From contig JAPOIM010000002.1 in the NCBI GenBank assembly GCA_029978905.1, forward strand, positions 65,507-129,506: a DNA stretch of 64,000 nucleotides. The letters are read 5' to 3'. Positions 20,009 through 29,309 of this stretch are shown in pieces. How positions within the stretch are numbered: position 1 is the stretch's first letter; every line of letters starts with the position of its first letter. A program made the translations under genes and the position numbers. A model generated the notes under the pieces. The model searched no databases. It saw only the letters and a list, made by a program, of their open reading frames with translations, and was not told the DNA's origin. This DNA comes from Planctomycetota bacterium. GTDB lineage: Bacteria; Planctomycetota; Planctomycetia; Pirellulales; UBA1268.

Positions 20009-20971
20009 CTACGTGAGGCGAGCATCGCCGTCGAGGATCCGCCGCGCCTCATCAAGGCGAGTGCGGCAGGCAACCGTGCGGGGGTGATCCACCCCATGAA
20101 CCTTCGCGTGAATCGTTGCAGCGCGCTCGTAGTAGGGCACCGCTGCGCCGTAGCGTTCTTGAAGCCAGTAGAGATTGGCCAGGCTATTCACGGTGACAGC
20201 AATGTTGCTGTGGCTTTCCCCGAACGACTCCTCGAAGACCGCCAACGCCCGGCGAAATAGGTCTTCCGCGTCGTCATACCGTCGCTGATGACTGTAGAGC
20301 GCGGCGAGATTACTCATGCTCGTCGCCGTCCGAGGATGCCCCTGCCCCAGGATCCGTTCGCATATGGCAAGGGCTCGTAGGAACAGTGGCTCGGCTTCGG
20401 CATAGCGGCCGCGAGCGTCGTAATGCAGCGCGAGATTGTTGAGGCTCGTCGCGGTGTCGGGGTGCTGGGGCCCAAGACTCTTTTCGTAGATGGCGAGGCA
20501 TCGTTGGTACAGCGACTCCGCCTGTTCGGCCTTCCCTTGCGCGTCGTACAGCAGGGCGAGATTGTTGAGGCAGGTGGCCGTATCCGGATGGTCAGCCCCC
20601 GAAACTCGCTCATAGATCGCGAGCCCTCTTTGATACGCGTCTTCCGCTTCGTCGTAGGCGGCAAGGCGGTAACACGCATGCGCCAGATTGATCAAACTCG
20701 TCGCCGTATCGGAATGGTCCGGCCCAAGCGTCTGTTCTCGAATCGCGAGGGCGTCGCGATACAAGGCCGTCGCTTCGTCGTAGCGTGCAAGGGCGTCGTA
20801 GAGGACGGCGACATCATTGATGGCCCTCGCCGTAACCGGGTGGCAGTCGCCATGGTGCTGGCGGGCCTCGGCAAGTTCGACTTCGGCCAATGGAACCGCG
20901 CGACTGTATCTACCAAGCGCATACAACCGCTCGATTTCCGCACGTTGCGACATCGCAGGCTCCTGCTCCAC
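20009..20971 (-). CDS. Tetratricopeptide repeat protein (42-aa kinesin-light-chain-type TPRs)
   Basis: About six repeats of HPDTATSLNNLAxLYxxQGRYxEAExLYxRxLAIxE. Confidence 0.92.
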   Translation of the reverse strand: MEQEPAMSQRAEIERLYALGRYSRAVPLAEVELAEARQHHGDCHPVTARAINDVAVLYDALARYDEATALYRDALAIREQTLGPDHSDTATSLINLAHACYRLAAYDEAEDAYQRGLAIYERVSGADHPDTATCLNNLALLYDAQGKAEQAESLYQRCLAIYEKSLGPQHPDTATSLNNLALHYDARGRYAEAEPLFLRALAICERILGQGHPRTATSMSNLAALYSHQRRYDDAEDLFRRALAVFEESFGESHSNIAVTVNSLANLYWLQERYGAAVPYYERAATIHAKVHGVDHPRTVACRTRLDEARRILDGDARLT

Positions 20972-21116
20972 GCCACCACACCTTTAAAGCAGTATACCCC
21001 CCCCGAGAACCACGTCATCCTCAAAAACATGATGCGACACCAAACGTCGCACCTGGTCGCGAAATCTCGCAAATCCGACAGAAGCCTTACAATCAGGCTC
21101 TCACCCGGAGCTCCCA

Positions 21117-21698
21117 ATGGTCCCCACTGCGATGCAACTGCTGATTCCCGCGGCATTCGTGGCCGCGGCCACCCTGCTGGCGTTGGCCTACAACCGGCTC
21201 GTCCGCTGTCGAAACTTCGTGGCCGAGGGCCTCAGTGGCATCGACGTACAGCTCAAGCGTCGACACGACCTGATCCCCTCTCTCGTCGAGTGCGTGAAGG
21301 GCTACGCGGGCTTTGAGCGCACCCTCCTTGAGGACCTGACGAAACTGCGAGAAGACGCAGACCACGCCACATCGATGGCCGATGTCAACGAGCTTGAAAC
21401 CAGGCTCAACGGCGGTCTTGTGTCGTTCTTCGCTCGGGTGGAGGCCTACCCCGACCTCAAAGCCAACACCACCTTCGAGGAGCTCACCGAGCAGCTGGTG
21501 GCGACAGAAGACGCGCTCCAGTACGCCCGTCGCTATTACAACGGCGCAGTCCGCGATCTCAACATCGCCGTAGAGGCCTTTCCCTCGAACCTCGTTGCTC
21601 GCTGGTTTGGCTTTCGCACGGCCGACTACTTTCAGGTGGAGTCTGTTGGAGAACGTGCCGCTCCGAAGGTGACTCCCACCGCCTCCCCCAACCAGTGA
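21117..21698 (+). CDS. lemA: LemA family protein
   Basis: N-terminal TM; YNRLV, IDVQLKRRHDLIP, EAYPDLKAN, YARRYYN, FPSNLVA. Confidence 0.95.
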   Translation: MVPTAMQLLIPAAFVAAATLLALAYNRLVRCRNFVAEGLSGIDVQLKRRHDLIPSLVECVKGYAGFERTLLEDLTKLREDADHATSMADVNELETRLNGGLVSFFARVEAYPDLKANTTFEELTEQLVATEDALQYARRYYNGAVRDLNIAVEAFPSNLVARWFGFRTADYFQVESVGERAAPKVTPTASPNQ

Positions 21699-21710
21699 AG
21701 GGAAGGTTCA

Positions 21711-23699
21711 TTGATGACGTTCTGGCCCCTGACGCTTCCCCGTCTTGCGTCGCTGCTCACGCTGATCGCCGCGATGATTTCCTTTGGCACAGCACGTGCC
21801 GCGGAAGAAATCTCACACTTCGCGTGTCGTGTCGTGGTGCAAGACGGCGGATTTCTTGACGTCACGGAAACCATCACCGTGCAGGCGGAAGGCACCAACA
21901 TCCGCCACGGCATCTATCGCGACATCCCCACGCGATACTCCGGTGGCTGGCTGACCTCTGGAGCACGGGTGCCATTTGAGATCCTCGCGGTTGAGTACGA
22001 CGGCGCCGCTGCTCCGTACCACACCGAGAACCTCGACACCTTCGAACGGATCTACATCGGCGACAAGTCTTCGCTCGTCCCCCACGGCGAACACACCTAC
22101 ACGCTCCGCTACAAGACCCGCCAGCTGCGATTCTTCGCCGACCATGACGAGGTCTACTGGAACGCCACAGGCCATGGCTGGGCCTTTCCGATCAAGAAGA
22201 CTTCCGTTGAGGTCGTGCTCCCGGCGAGTGTGCCTGCGGCGGCGATCGACCCCGAAGCCTACCTGGGCAAGCTTGGATCTCAGGATCAGTCCGGCGTGAT
22301 GATCACCATCGGAGGCGATCCGCCAACGGTGCAGTTCTCCTCATCACGCGTGTTCCCGCCGGGCGAAGGCATGACCGTCGTTGCGCAGTTTCCGAAGCAC
22401 GCCGTCGTTGAACCGGCGGCCTTTGATCGCATGCGGGAAGACCCGTTTTTTCGTATTGGCGTCGTCGCGCTCGGCGTCGTGATCGCCTACTTTTCGGTTG
22501 CGTGGTGGCTGGTCGGCCGAGATCCATCCAAGGGCATCATCATTCCCCAGTTTGAGTCACCAGACGGCTTGAGCCCCGCCGCCTGCCGCTTCGTCGCCAG
22601 AATGGGGTTTGACAAGGAATGCTTCTCGGTAGCCCTCCTCTCGCTGGGAGCCCAGGGAGCACTCCGGATCATGGAAGAGGGTGGCAGCTACACGTTGCGA
22701 AAAACCGGCGAGCTCCCTGCCGGCGCGTCTGCGGGCGAGACGAAAGTCTTCACCACGCTCCTTGGCACACGCATGACCCTCCCCGTCAAGCAGACGTATC
22801 ACACCACCTTCTCCAAGGCGATCTCCGACCTGCGAACGGCATTGAGCAAGGAATACGAAGGGGCGTTGTTTCAGCCCAATCGGAAGTGGTTTGTGGGCGG
22901 CGTCGTGGTGGCCCTCGCGGCGGTGGGGGCCACACTGCTCCTCGCCGATGGCGGCGGCACCTCCGCGAAAGCGGCGTTTCTCACCGCCTGGCTGTCGTTC
23001 TGGACCATCGCCGTGGTGGGCTTACTACACGCAACGATCGGACAGTGGCGAGCTGTCTTCACCACGGCGGGAGCGCTCCAGCGCGTGCTTGGCGTCGGCA
23101 CGGCCCTCCTCGCGACGGCGTTTGCCACTCCGTTTCTGGTGGCGGAGGGCTTCGGGGTGTTCATGCTCGCGGAGAGCACGTCGATCTGGATGATCCCGAT
23201 CATGCTCGCGATGATCACGACAGTGGCCGGTTTCTACGAACTGATCAAGGCCCCCACCCTGGCAGGCCGAGCCGTGATGGACCGCATCGATGGCTTTCGC
23301 ATGTATCTCGCCACTGCCGAAGAGGACGACCTCGAAGCGGTCGGCAGCAACGCCTTCGATGCAGACCGTCACGGCCCAGCTCCGCGAACCCTCGAACTCT
23401 TTGAACGGTTCTTGCCATTCGCCGTCGCGCTTGGCGTTGCCGACCGTTGGGCCGCAAAGTTTCACGACCTGATCGAGGCGGCCTCGGCCGCGGACACTGA
23501 TGGCACCGGCTACCACCCTGCTTGGTACCAAGGTAACGCCTGGTCTGCCTCGAGCATCGGTGCCGCGGCAGCCGGTGTGGGCACGGCGATGGCGAGCGCC
23601 GCAGCGGCAGCAGCCACCAGCCCCTCCTCAAGCAGCGGTGGCGGCGGTGGCGGCTCGTCTGGCGGTGGTGGCGGTGGCGGCGGTGGCGGGGGCTGGTGA
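21711..23699 (+). CDS. DUF2207 domain membrane protein
   Basis: [24 protein letters not shown]; several TM helices; [13 protein letters not shown]; C-terminal [22 protein letters not shown] tail. Confidence 0.92.
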   Translation: MMTFWPLTLPRLASLLTLIAAMISFGTARAAEEISHFACRVVVQDGGFLDVTETITVQAEGTNIRHGIYRDIPTRYSGGWLTSGARVPFEILAVEYDGAAAPYHTENLDTFERIYIGDKSSLVPHGEHTYTLRYKTRQLRFFADHDEVYWNATGHGWAFPIKKTSVEVVLPASVPAAAIDPEAYLGKLGSQDQSGVMITIGGDPPTVQFSSSRVFPPGEGMTVVAQFPKHAVVEPAAFDRMREDPFFRIGVVALGVVIAYFSVAWWLVGRDPSKGIIIPQFESPDGLSPAACRFVARMGFDKECFSVALLSLGAQGALRIMEEGGSYTLRKTGELPAGASAGETKVFTTLLGTRMTLPVKQTYHTTFSKAISDLRTALSKEYEGALFQPNRKWFVGGVVVALAAVGATLLLADGGGTSAKAAFLTAWLSFWTIAVVGLLHATIGQWRAVFTTAGALQRVLGVGTALLATAFATPFLVAEGFGVFMLAESTSIWMIPIMLAMITTVAGFYELIKAPTLAGRAVMDRIDGFRMYLATAEEDDLEAVGSNAFDADRHGPAPRTLELFERFLPFAVALGVADRWAAKFHDLIEAASAADTDGTGYHPAWYQGNAWSASSIGAAAAGVGTAMASAAAAAATSPSSSSGGGGGGSSGGGGGGGGGGGW

Positions 23700-23700
23700 G

Positions 23701-24159
23701 ATGCCCGCCCAAGACCGTTCTTCCCCAGACCTGCTGTTTGTCTACGGCACCCTGCGGCCCAGCCTGATCGACGCGGCACCGGAGACGCCACGTCAGATCG
23801 TGCGAGCGCTGCGAGTGCAGGGCGAGGCCACCGTTGCCGGGTTGCTCTTCGACCTCGGGGACTATCCCGGATTCGTGCGGGCGACACCGTCGATCGGCGG
23901 GGGGGCGCAGGCAGGCTCACCGCGCGTCGTCGGGGACGTGCTCGAGGTCGATGCATCGGACCTCGCAGCGCTCGATGCGTACGAAGAGTGCGGCGGCCCA
24001 TCCCCGCTCTACCGCCGGGAACGGGTGCTGGCGACCTGGCGATCGGGAGGCGAACCCATTACGTGCTGGATCTACGTCGCGTGCGGCGATCTCTCCAAGC
24101 GGCCCGCAATCCCCCAAGGCGACTTCGCGGCGCACCTGAGATCGCGCCGCGATGCGTAG
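23701..24159 (+). CDS. Gamma-glutamylcyclotransferase (GGCT/AIG2-like)
   Basis: LFVYGTLR, LFDLGDYPG, LDAYEE, LYRRE, IPQGDF; starts 2 nt after the DUF2207 stop. Confidence 0.88.
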   Translation: MPAQDRSSPDLLFVYGTLRPSLIDAAPETPRQIVRALRVQGEATVAGLLFDLGDYPGFVRATPSIGGGAQAGSPRVVGDVLEVDASDLAALDAYEECGGPSPLYRRERVLATWRSGGEPITCWIYVACGDLSKRPAIPQGDFAAHLRSRRDA

Positions 24160-24233
24160 CCCTCAGCGGCCCCGCCCCCCGATGTCTCGCGACTTCAGCA
24201 CTGCCGCGCACTGAGGCAGCAGAGACAGCCGCG

Positions 24234-24250
24234 TGCTCCTTTTTTGTGCG
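24234..24250. promoter_or_regulatory. NtrC-like enhancer site upstream of glnII
   Basis: TGCTCCT-TTT-TTGTGCG versus the NtrC consensus TGCACCA-N3-TGGTGCA (5/7 in each half), about 100 bp upstream of the predicted start site. Confidence 0.4.
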
Positions 24251-24312
24251 TCCCCAGATCTCGCCCACCACGGTTTCCGCGTATTTCCGCTGGATTCCCT
24301 CCTAAGCCCAAT

Positions 24313-24329
24313 CTGGTACAGTTTTTGCT
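24313..24329 (+). promoter_or_regulatory. Sigma54 (RpoN) -24/-12 promoter of glnII
   Basis: CTGGTACAGTTTTTGCT: GG at 24315-16, exactly 10 nt, GC at 24327-28. Close to consensus YTGGCACG-N4-TTGCW. Confidence 0.78.
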
Positions 24330-24522
24330 CGACAGTCTAGTGGCGGCTTCGTCGATTCAAAACGACGGCATGCTCGCCGGCGGAGTGCTGGGTGCAAATC
24401 CACGCCTCCAGCGGCACGTGTGCTGGCGTCTTGCGGAACGAGGTAGCGACGTCCGGCGGATGACCAAGCCACCAGCGTTTCCAAACCCTTTTTTGCCCAA
24501 TAGCGATAGGAAGAGCGACAGT

Positions 24523-25539
24523 ATGAGCACGAAGTCGAAGCTCGAGTACATCTGGCTCGATGGATACAAGCCCACCCAAAGCCTGCGGTCGAAGACGCGC
24601 GTCGAGAAGGACTTTGGCGGTACCCTCGAAGAGTGCCCCATGTGGTCCTTCGACGGCAGCAGCACCGAGCAGGCAACAGGCCGCTCGTCGGACTGCCTGC
24701 TGAAGCCCGTGGCGATCTATCCCGATCCAGGTCGCAAGAACTCCTACCTCGTGATGACCGAAGTGCTGAACCCTGACGGCACTCCTCACGAATCCAATGG
24801 CCGGGCTACCATCGGCGAAGACGACGACGACTTCTGGTTTGGCTTCGAGCAGGAGTACTTCCTCTGGTCCATCAAGAACAACAATCCTCCGGGCTTTCCC
24901 CAGGGTGGTTATCCTGGCCCTCAAGGCCCGTACTACTGCGGTGTCGGTGCGGAAAACGCCCACGGCCGTCCCTGCGTGGAAGAGCACCTCGACGCCTGCC
25001 TCGAAGCAGGGCTGAATGTTGAAGGCATCAACGCCGAAGTTGCTGCCGGCCAGTGGGAGTTTCAGATTTTCGCGAAGGGTGCCAAAGACGCTGGCGACCA
25101 GATCTGGATTGCTCGCTACCTGCTCGAGCGAATCGGCGAGAGCTACGGCTATGCCATCGAATGGCACCCAAAGCCACTGGGCAAACTCGACTGGAACGGC
25201 TCGGGCATGCACGCCAACTTCTCAAACGAAGTCATGCGGACGTGCGGTGACAAGGAAGTTTTCACGAAGATCTGTGAAGGCTTCGGCGGCGTGATCGATC
25301 GCCACATCAGCGTGTACGGTGCCGACAACGACCAGCGGCTCACCGGCAAGCACGAGACGGCGAGCATCCACGAGTTTAGCTACGGCGTTTCTGACCGAGG
25401 TGCCTCGATCCGCATCCCCGTGGGAACGATCGAGAACGGCTGGAAGGGACGCCTCGAAGACCGTCGGCCTGCGTCCAACGCCGACCCCTACAAGGTCGCT
25501 GCGGCGATCATCAAGACGGTGAAGGAAGCCCTCGCCTAA
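24523..25539 (+). CDS. glnII: Glutamine synthetase type II
   Basis: 338 aa; KLEYIWLDG, WSFDGSST, WFGFEQEY, GINAEVAAGQWEFQ, DWNGSGMHANFS, RLTGKHET, RGASIRIP, LEDRRPASNADPY. Confidence 0.95.
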   Translation: MSTKSKLEYIWLDGYKPTQSLRSKTRVEKDFGGTLEECPMWSFDGSSTEQATGRSSDCLLKPVAIYPDPGRKNSYLVMTEVLNPDGTPHESNGRATIGEDDDDFWFGFEQEYFLWSIKNNNPPGFPQGGYPGPQGPYYCGVGAENAHGRPCVEEHLDACLEAGLNVEGINAEVAAGQWEFQIFAKGAKDAGDQIWIARYLLERIGESYGYAIEWHPKPLGKLDWNGSGMHANFSNEVMRTCGDKEVFTKICEGFGGVIDRHISVYGADNDQRLTGKHETASIHEFSYGVSDRGASIRIPVGTIENGWKGRLEDRRPASNADPYKVAAAIIKTVKEALA

Positions 25540-25581
25540 GCGACGTCTGACACATCGCCTTGTGAGAATAGGGATTGAACG

Positions 25582-25618
25582 CACCCCCGCGGGCATTGGT
25601 CCGCGGGGGTGTTTTTTT
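25582..25618 (+). terminator. Intrinsic terminator of glnII
   Basis: 11-bp stem CACCCCCGCGG / CCGCGGGGGTG, 8-nt loop, then T7. Confidence 0.9.
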
Positions 25619-25665
25619 CGCGAACACTCAGCCGAGCCCCATACGCCAAAGCCACCCGAAGCGGC

Positions 25666-26655
25666 TTACGCCTCCTGAGATGGCGACGCGAATTCGACGT
25701 CTCGGAGGGCCTCCAGCAGTTGCCGCATCGTCTGAAAGCGATCCGCAGGTTTCTTGCTGATCGCTTTCATCACCACGTCATCGAAAGCAGGTGGAATCCC
25801 TTCGTCTGGATTCTTTTTCGAGGGAGGCGGAGGCGTGTCGTAGATGATGTAGTCGAAGGTCTCTTCGATCGTTCGGCCGCGGAAAGGCTCCCGCAGGGCA
25901 GCCGTCTCATAGAGCACAACCCCCAAGCTGAAGATGTCGCTCCGCTCATCAACCTGCGCCCGATTCGCATTCACTTGCTCGGGCGACATGTAGAGCGGGG
26001 TTCCTGGGCGATCCCCCACCATCGTCAGTTCCTGCACCTGCTCCTGCTGGCGAGCGATCGTGGGGTGGAGCGGCATGTCGTCGGGCTGCCCCCAAACTTT
26101 GGCCACGCCCCAGTCGAGCAGCAACACTTCCCCGAAGTTGCCCACCCAAATGTTTTCCGGCTTCATGTCGCGGTGAATCACGCCGCGGGCATGGGCATAC
26201 ATCAGAGCCTGGGCTGCATCGGCGACGATGCCCACGCGACGAGCGATCGGAAACTCAGCGACCGCTTCTGGGACCTGGGTCGCCACGCGTTTGAGAATCT
26301 GGAAGAGGTTTTCTCCAGAAACCCGCTTCATCGTGAAGTAGATGCCATCGACCGGATCCCGACCGATCTCGTAGACCGGCACGGTGTTGGGGTGCTGAAG
26401 TTGGGCAGTGACCCGGGCTTCCCGCAGCAGCCGCCGGCTTTCCGTCTCATCGAGGAGGAAGCGTTCCTGCAGGGTTTTGACCACAATCGTGCGGCCGGTG
26501 ATCTGGTCGTAGCAGCTGCGCAGCCGACCTGTCCCCCCCGAGGCCATCTCACGAAAACCGGTGTATTTCGCCAGCCCGACGGGCATGGGATCTGGCAGCT
26601 TAAAATCCGTGGACGAGAGAAAAATGGCCCCTTGGCCGTCAGCCGTGCGTCCCAT
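25666..26655 (-). CDS. Hanks-type Ser/Thr protein kinase (stand-alone catalytic domain)
   Basis: ASGGTG loop, VVKTL, HPNTVPVYE, HRDMKPEN, LDWGVAK, GTPLYMSPEQ, SDIFSLG. Confidence 0.93.
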   Translation of the reverse strand: MGRTADGQGAIFLSSTDFKLPDPMPVGLAKYTGFREMASGGTGRLRSCYDQITGRTIVVKTLQERFLLDETESRRLLREARVTAQLQHPNTVPVYEIGRDPVDGIYFTMKRVSGENLFQILKRVATQVPEAVAEFPIARRVGIVADAAQALMYAHARGVIHRDMKPENIWVGNFGEVLLLDWGVAKVWGQPDDMPLHPTIARQQEQVQELTMVGDRPGTPLYMSPEQVNANRAQVDERSDIFSLGVVLYETAALREPFRGRTIEETFDYIIYDTPPPPSKKNPDEGIPPAFDDVVMKAISKKPADRFQTMRQLLEALRDVEFASPSQEA

Positions 26656-26714
26656 GAGATCGCTCCCAGCAGCAGGATTTCACCAAAACGAACGGCTCCG
26701 CCTCAGCCACCTCG

Positions 26715-26744
26715 TTGAAATGCGAAATCTGGTAAGGGTATTCT
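26715..26744 (+). promoter_or_regulatory. Candidate sigma70-type promoter for the Cys-rich protein gene
   Basis: TTGAAA-18 nt-TATTCT in a locally AT-rich patch. Confidence 0.4.
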
Positions 26745-26868
26745 TATTGTGTAAAGCGTAACGATTATGCGGGAGCTTCTGCTTACAGCCAACAGCAATG
26801 ACACGGCCGTCCAAGCACCAGGCTTCCGTCCCGCCTTCACTTCCCCGATGCACCTGCGAAAGGACGTC

Positions 26869-27252
26869 ATGAAACTTCCTGCTATGCTCGCCGCCACCCT
26901 CCTGTTCTCTGGCCTGCTGTCGACCCCCATGCTCGATACGGCCGGTTCCGCTGAAGCTGGTTTCCGTCACCATCGCCGTGACTGCTGCGACCCCTGCTGC
27001 CAAGACACCTGCTGCACACCGTGCCCACCACCGCCGGTCGATGTCACGCTTTGCGTGGTGGATCCTTGCACCTGCTGCGCGCAAGAGGTGTGCGTGACCG
27101 TTCCCGCTTGCTGCGCGGACGAAACCCCCTGCGTTGCTGACTGCCGTCCGGGCGCCTTTGGCCGCACGATCCTGACCTATCGCTGGGCCTCCTGCGACTA
27201 CTGCGTCGACGTGGTGCTCACCAAGCACGGTCGGGCTATTGTTCGCGACTGA
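26869..27252 (+). CDS. Small secreted Cys-rich protein (127 aa)
   Basis: AAGGA upstream of the ATG; signal peptide ending AEA; 18 Cys in the mature part (CC pairs) and a PPPP run; has its own terminator. Confidence 0.8.
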   Translation: MKLPAMLAATLLFSGLLSTPMLDTAGSAEAGFRHHRRDCCDPCCQDTCCTPCPPPPVDVTLCVVDPCTCCAQEVCVTVPACCADETPCVADCRPGAFGRTILTYRWASCDYCVDVVLTKHGRAIVRD

Positions 27253-27315
27253 CCCTGCACGAGGTTTCTCGACTGGAGCGTGACGCCACAGGCGCGAGAC
27301 TGCTGATCACATGCG

Positions 27316-27347
27316 GAAGGCCGCGTCTCCCTGGAGACGCGGCCTTC
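27316..27347. terminator. Strong hairpin between convergent genes (probable bidirectional terminator)
   Basis: GAAGGCCGCGTCTCC-CT-GGAGACGCGGCCTTC, perfect 15-nt arms, followed by TTGCTTT. Confidence 0.75.
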
Positions 27348-27429
27348 TTGCTTTCCGATCGTGATCACAGCGCGATCACACGGTGACGATCCGTTGCCGA
27401 GCCGCCGGCCAGACACATTGGCAAATGCG

Positions 27430-29184
27430 TTAGTTCTTTCCGCGCCACGCCCCGAGCGGGAGCACGTTGGCGCGGGCCGCGTAGGCATCCCAGGCGGCCG
27501 CCATCCGCTCCACCCGCTCCGGCATGTCGCCAGCCAGGTCGTGCAGTTCGGTGCGATCGGCCTGCATGTCGTAGAGTTCCCATGGCTTGCCTTCTTTGGC
27601 CACCAACTTCCAGCGACCCTCTCGAACCGCCCGGTTGCCTTCGTGCTCCCAGAAGATGGGCTGGCTCCTCACCAACTCTCCACCATCGAAAGCGGGCACG
27701 AGACTCACGCCCTCGGCCGGCTTGATGGAACGGCCTCCGCGTTCGTCGGGATAGTCCGCATCCGCTAGATCCACACAGGTGGCCATGATGTCAATCAGGT
27801 GGCCTGGGGCATGCACGAGGCTGCCGCGACGACCTGCCTCGATTCCTGCTGGCCAGTGCACGATCAGCGGCGTGGAAATCCCGCCCTCATGCACCCAATG
27901 CTTGTACTCGCGAAACGGTGTGTTGCTCACATTGGCCCACCCCTCACCGTAGCCGATGTAGGTGTCGGCTCCGCCAGGCATCACGCCATACCCCTGCCGC
28001 ACCGGATACCCGTCGCGGGTCTGCTTGGGGATCATGTCGAACTGCAGGTCGTCTGCTGCCATGGGGGGCAATGAAGGCGCTTCAGCGCGAGCCACCACCT
28101 GCTTTTTCCCGCCTCGCCCCATGCCCTCAGCACAGCCACCGTTGTCTTGCAGGTAGAAAATCGCGGTGTTGTCGAGCGTGCCCTGCCGCCGCAGCTCGTC
28201 TACCAACCGACCGATGCTGCGATCCATCGCATCCACCATCGCCGCGTAGACCTCCATGCAGCGAATCTCAAACGCGGCATCGGCAACGGCGTCCCACGCC
28301 ACCGCCTGCGGGCTCATCGGCCACGAGGCATCCACGAGACCAAGGCTTCGCGACTTCGCCAGCCGGGCGTCGCGGATGGCCGCAAACCCCTCGTCATAGC
28401 GACCGTGGTAGCGAGCCACGTCGGCCTCGAGGGCGTGCATGGGCCAGTGTGCAGCCGTGAAGGCGACGTAGAGGAAGAAGGGACGCTCGTCCCCTGACGA
28501 GGCGTGGTCTGCGAGGAACGCCACCGCGTTGTCGCCAATCGCATCGGTGTAATAGTAGGTCTCGGGTGTGTAGTCGGGGTCTGCAAACGGAGAGATCAGC
28601 GTGTTGTCGCGGGTGAGCGAGTTGGGGTCAAAGAAACTCCCCGCGCCATGGATCGTGCCGTAGAAGCGTTCGAACCCTCGCTGGAGCGGCCAGTTGTCCT
28701 GCTGCTGAGGCCCCTCAGGCCGCACCTTCTTGGTCACATGCCACTTCCCCACCGCATAGGTCGCATAGTCGGCATCGTGCAGCACTTCGGCAATCGTGAC
28801 GCACTCCTGGCTGAGGTCACCGCGATAGCCGTCAAGGCCCCGGTCTTCCATCATGTGGCCGATGCCCGCCTGGTGGGGATAGAGCCCCGTCAGCAGTGAT
28901 GCCCTCGTCGGGCAGCAGCGGGCCGTGTTGTAGAACTGCGAAAACCGCAATCCTCCGGCAGCCAAGCCATCCAGCACCGGCGTGTGGATCTCACCGCCAT
29001 AGCAGCCGATGTCGGAAAAGCCCATGTCGTCGGCCATGATCACGATCACGTTGGGGCGATCACTGGGCTGTCCGGTCACCGCAGGCGTCTGACGTTCTTC
29101 TGCCAATGCCGTCGCGCCCCCTGCCGCGACACACGCCACGGCCACAGTGCCTCGCAGCCACGCTACCGAAAAGATCCGCTTCAT
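27430..29184 (-). CDS. Arylsulfatase (formylglycine-dependent, S1 family)
   Basis: Signal peptide; PNVIVIMADDMGFSD; CCPTRASLLTG; VGKWH; AAHWPMHA; QDNG; HEGGISTP. Confidence 0.95.
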   Translation of the reverse strand: MKRIFSVAWLRGTVAVACVAAGGATALAEERQTPAVTGQPSDRPNVIVIMADDMGFSDIGCYGGEIHTPVLDGLAAGGLRFSQFYNTARCCPTRASLLTGLYPHQAGIGHMMEDRGLDGYRGDLSQECVTIAEVLHDADYATYAVGKWHVTKKVRPEGPQQQDNWPLQRGFERFYGTIHGAGSFFDPNSLTRDNTLISPFADPDYTPETYYYTDAIGDNAVAFLADHASSGDERPFFLYVAFTAAHWPMHALEADVARYHGRYDEGFAAIRDARLAKSRSLGLVDASWPMSPQAVAWDAVADAAFEIRCMEVYAAMVDAMDRSIGRLVDELRRQGTLDNTAIFYLQDNGGCAEGMGRGGKKQVVARAEAPSLPPMAADDLQFDMIPKQTRDGYPVRQGYGVMPGGADTYIGYGEGWANVSNTPFREYKHWVHEGGISTPLIVHWPAGIEAGRRGSLVHAPGHLIDIMATCVDLADADYPDERGGRSIKPAEGVSLVPAFDGGELVRSQPIFWEHEGNRAVREGRWKLVAKEGKPWELYDMQADRTELHDLAGDMPERVERMAAAWDAYAARANVLPLGAWRGKN

Positions 29185-29309
29185 CCCTGTGTCCCCCTCA
29201 AGTGCACCTTCGCAGACTACAATCAATGCCGAGTATCTCTGACAACGCGTCGGCTGACCACCTCAGGGGGCCGCGCGTAAGTCACGAGCCAAACAGGGGT
29301 GAGGTCACT

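Noticed and set aside
23636-23696. GGC/GGT tandem repeat as a microsatellite or contingency locus
   Set aside because: It encodes the normal Gly-rich C-terminal tail of DUF2207 proteins.
24340-24522. glnII leader as a glnA (glutamine) riboswitch
   Set aside because: Hairpins are present, but I could not find the motif's conserved segments in the right order. An Rfam/Infernal scan would settle it.
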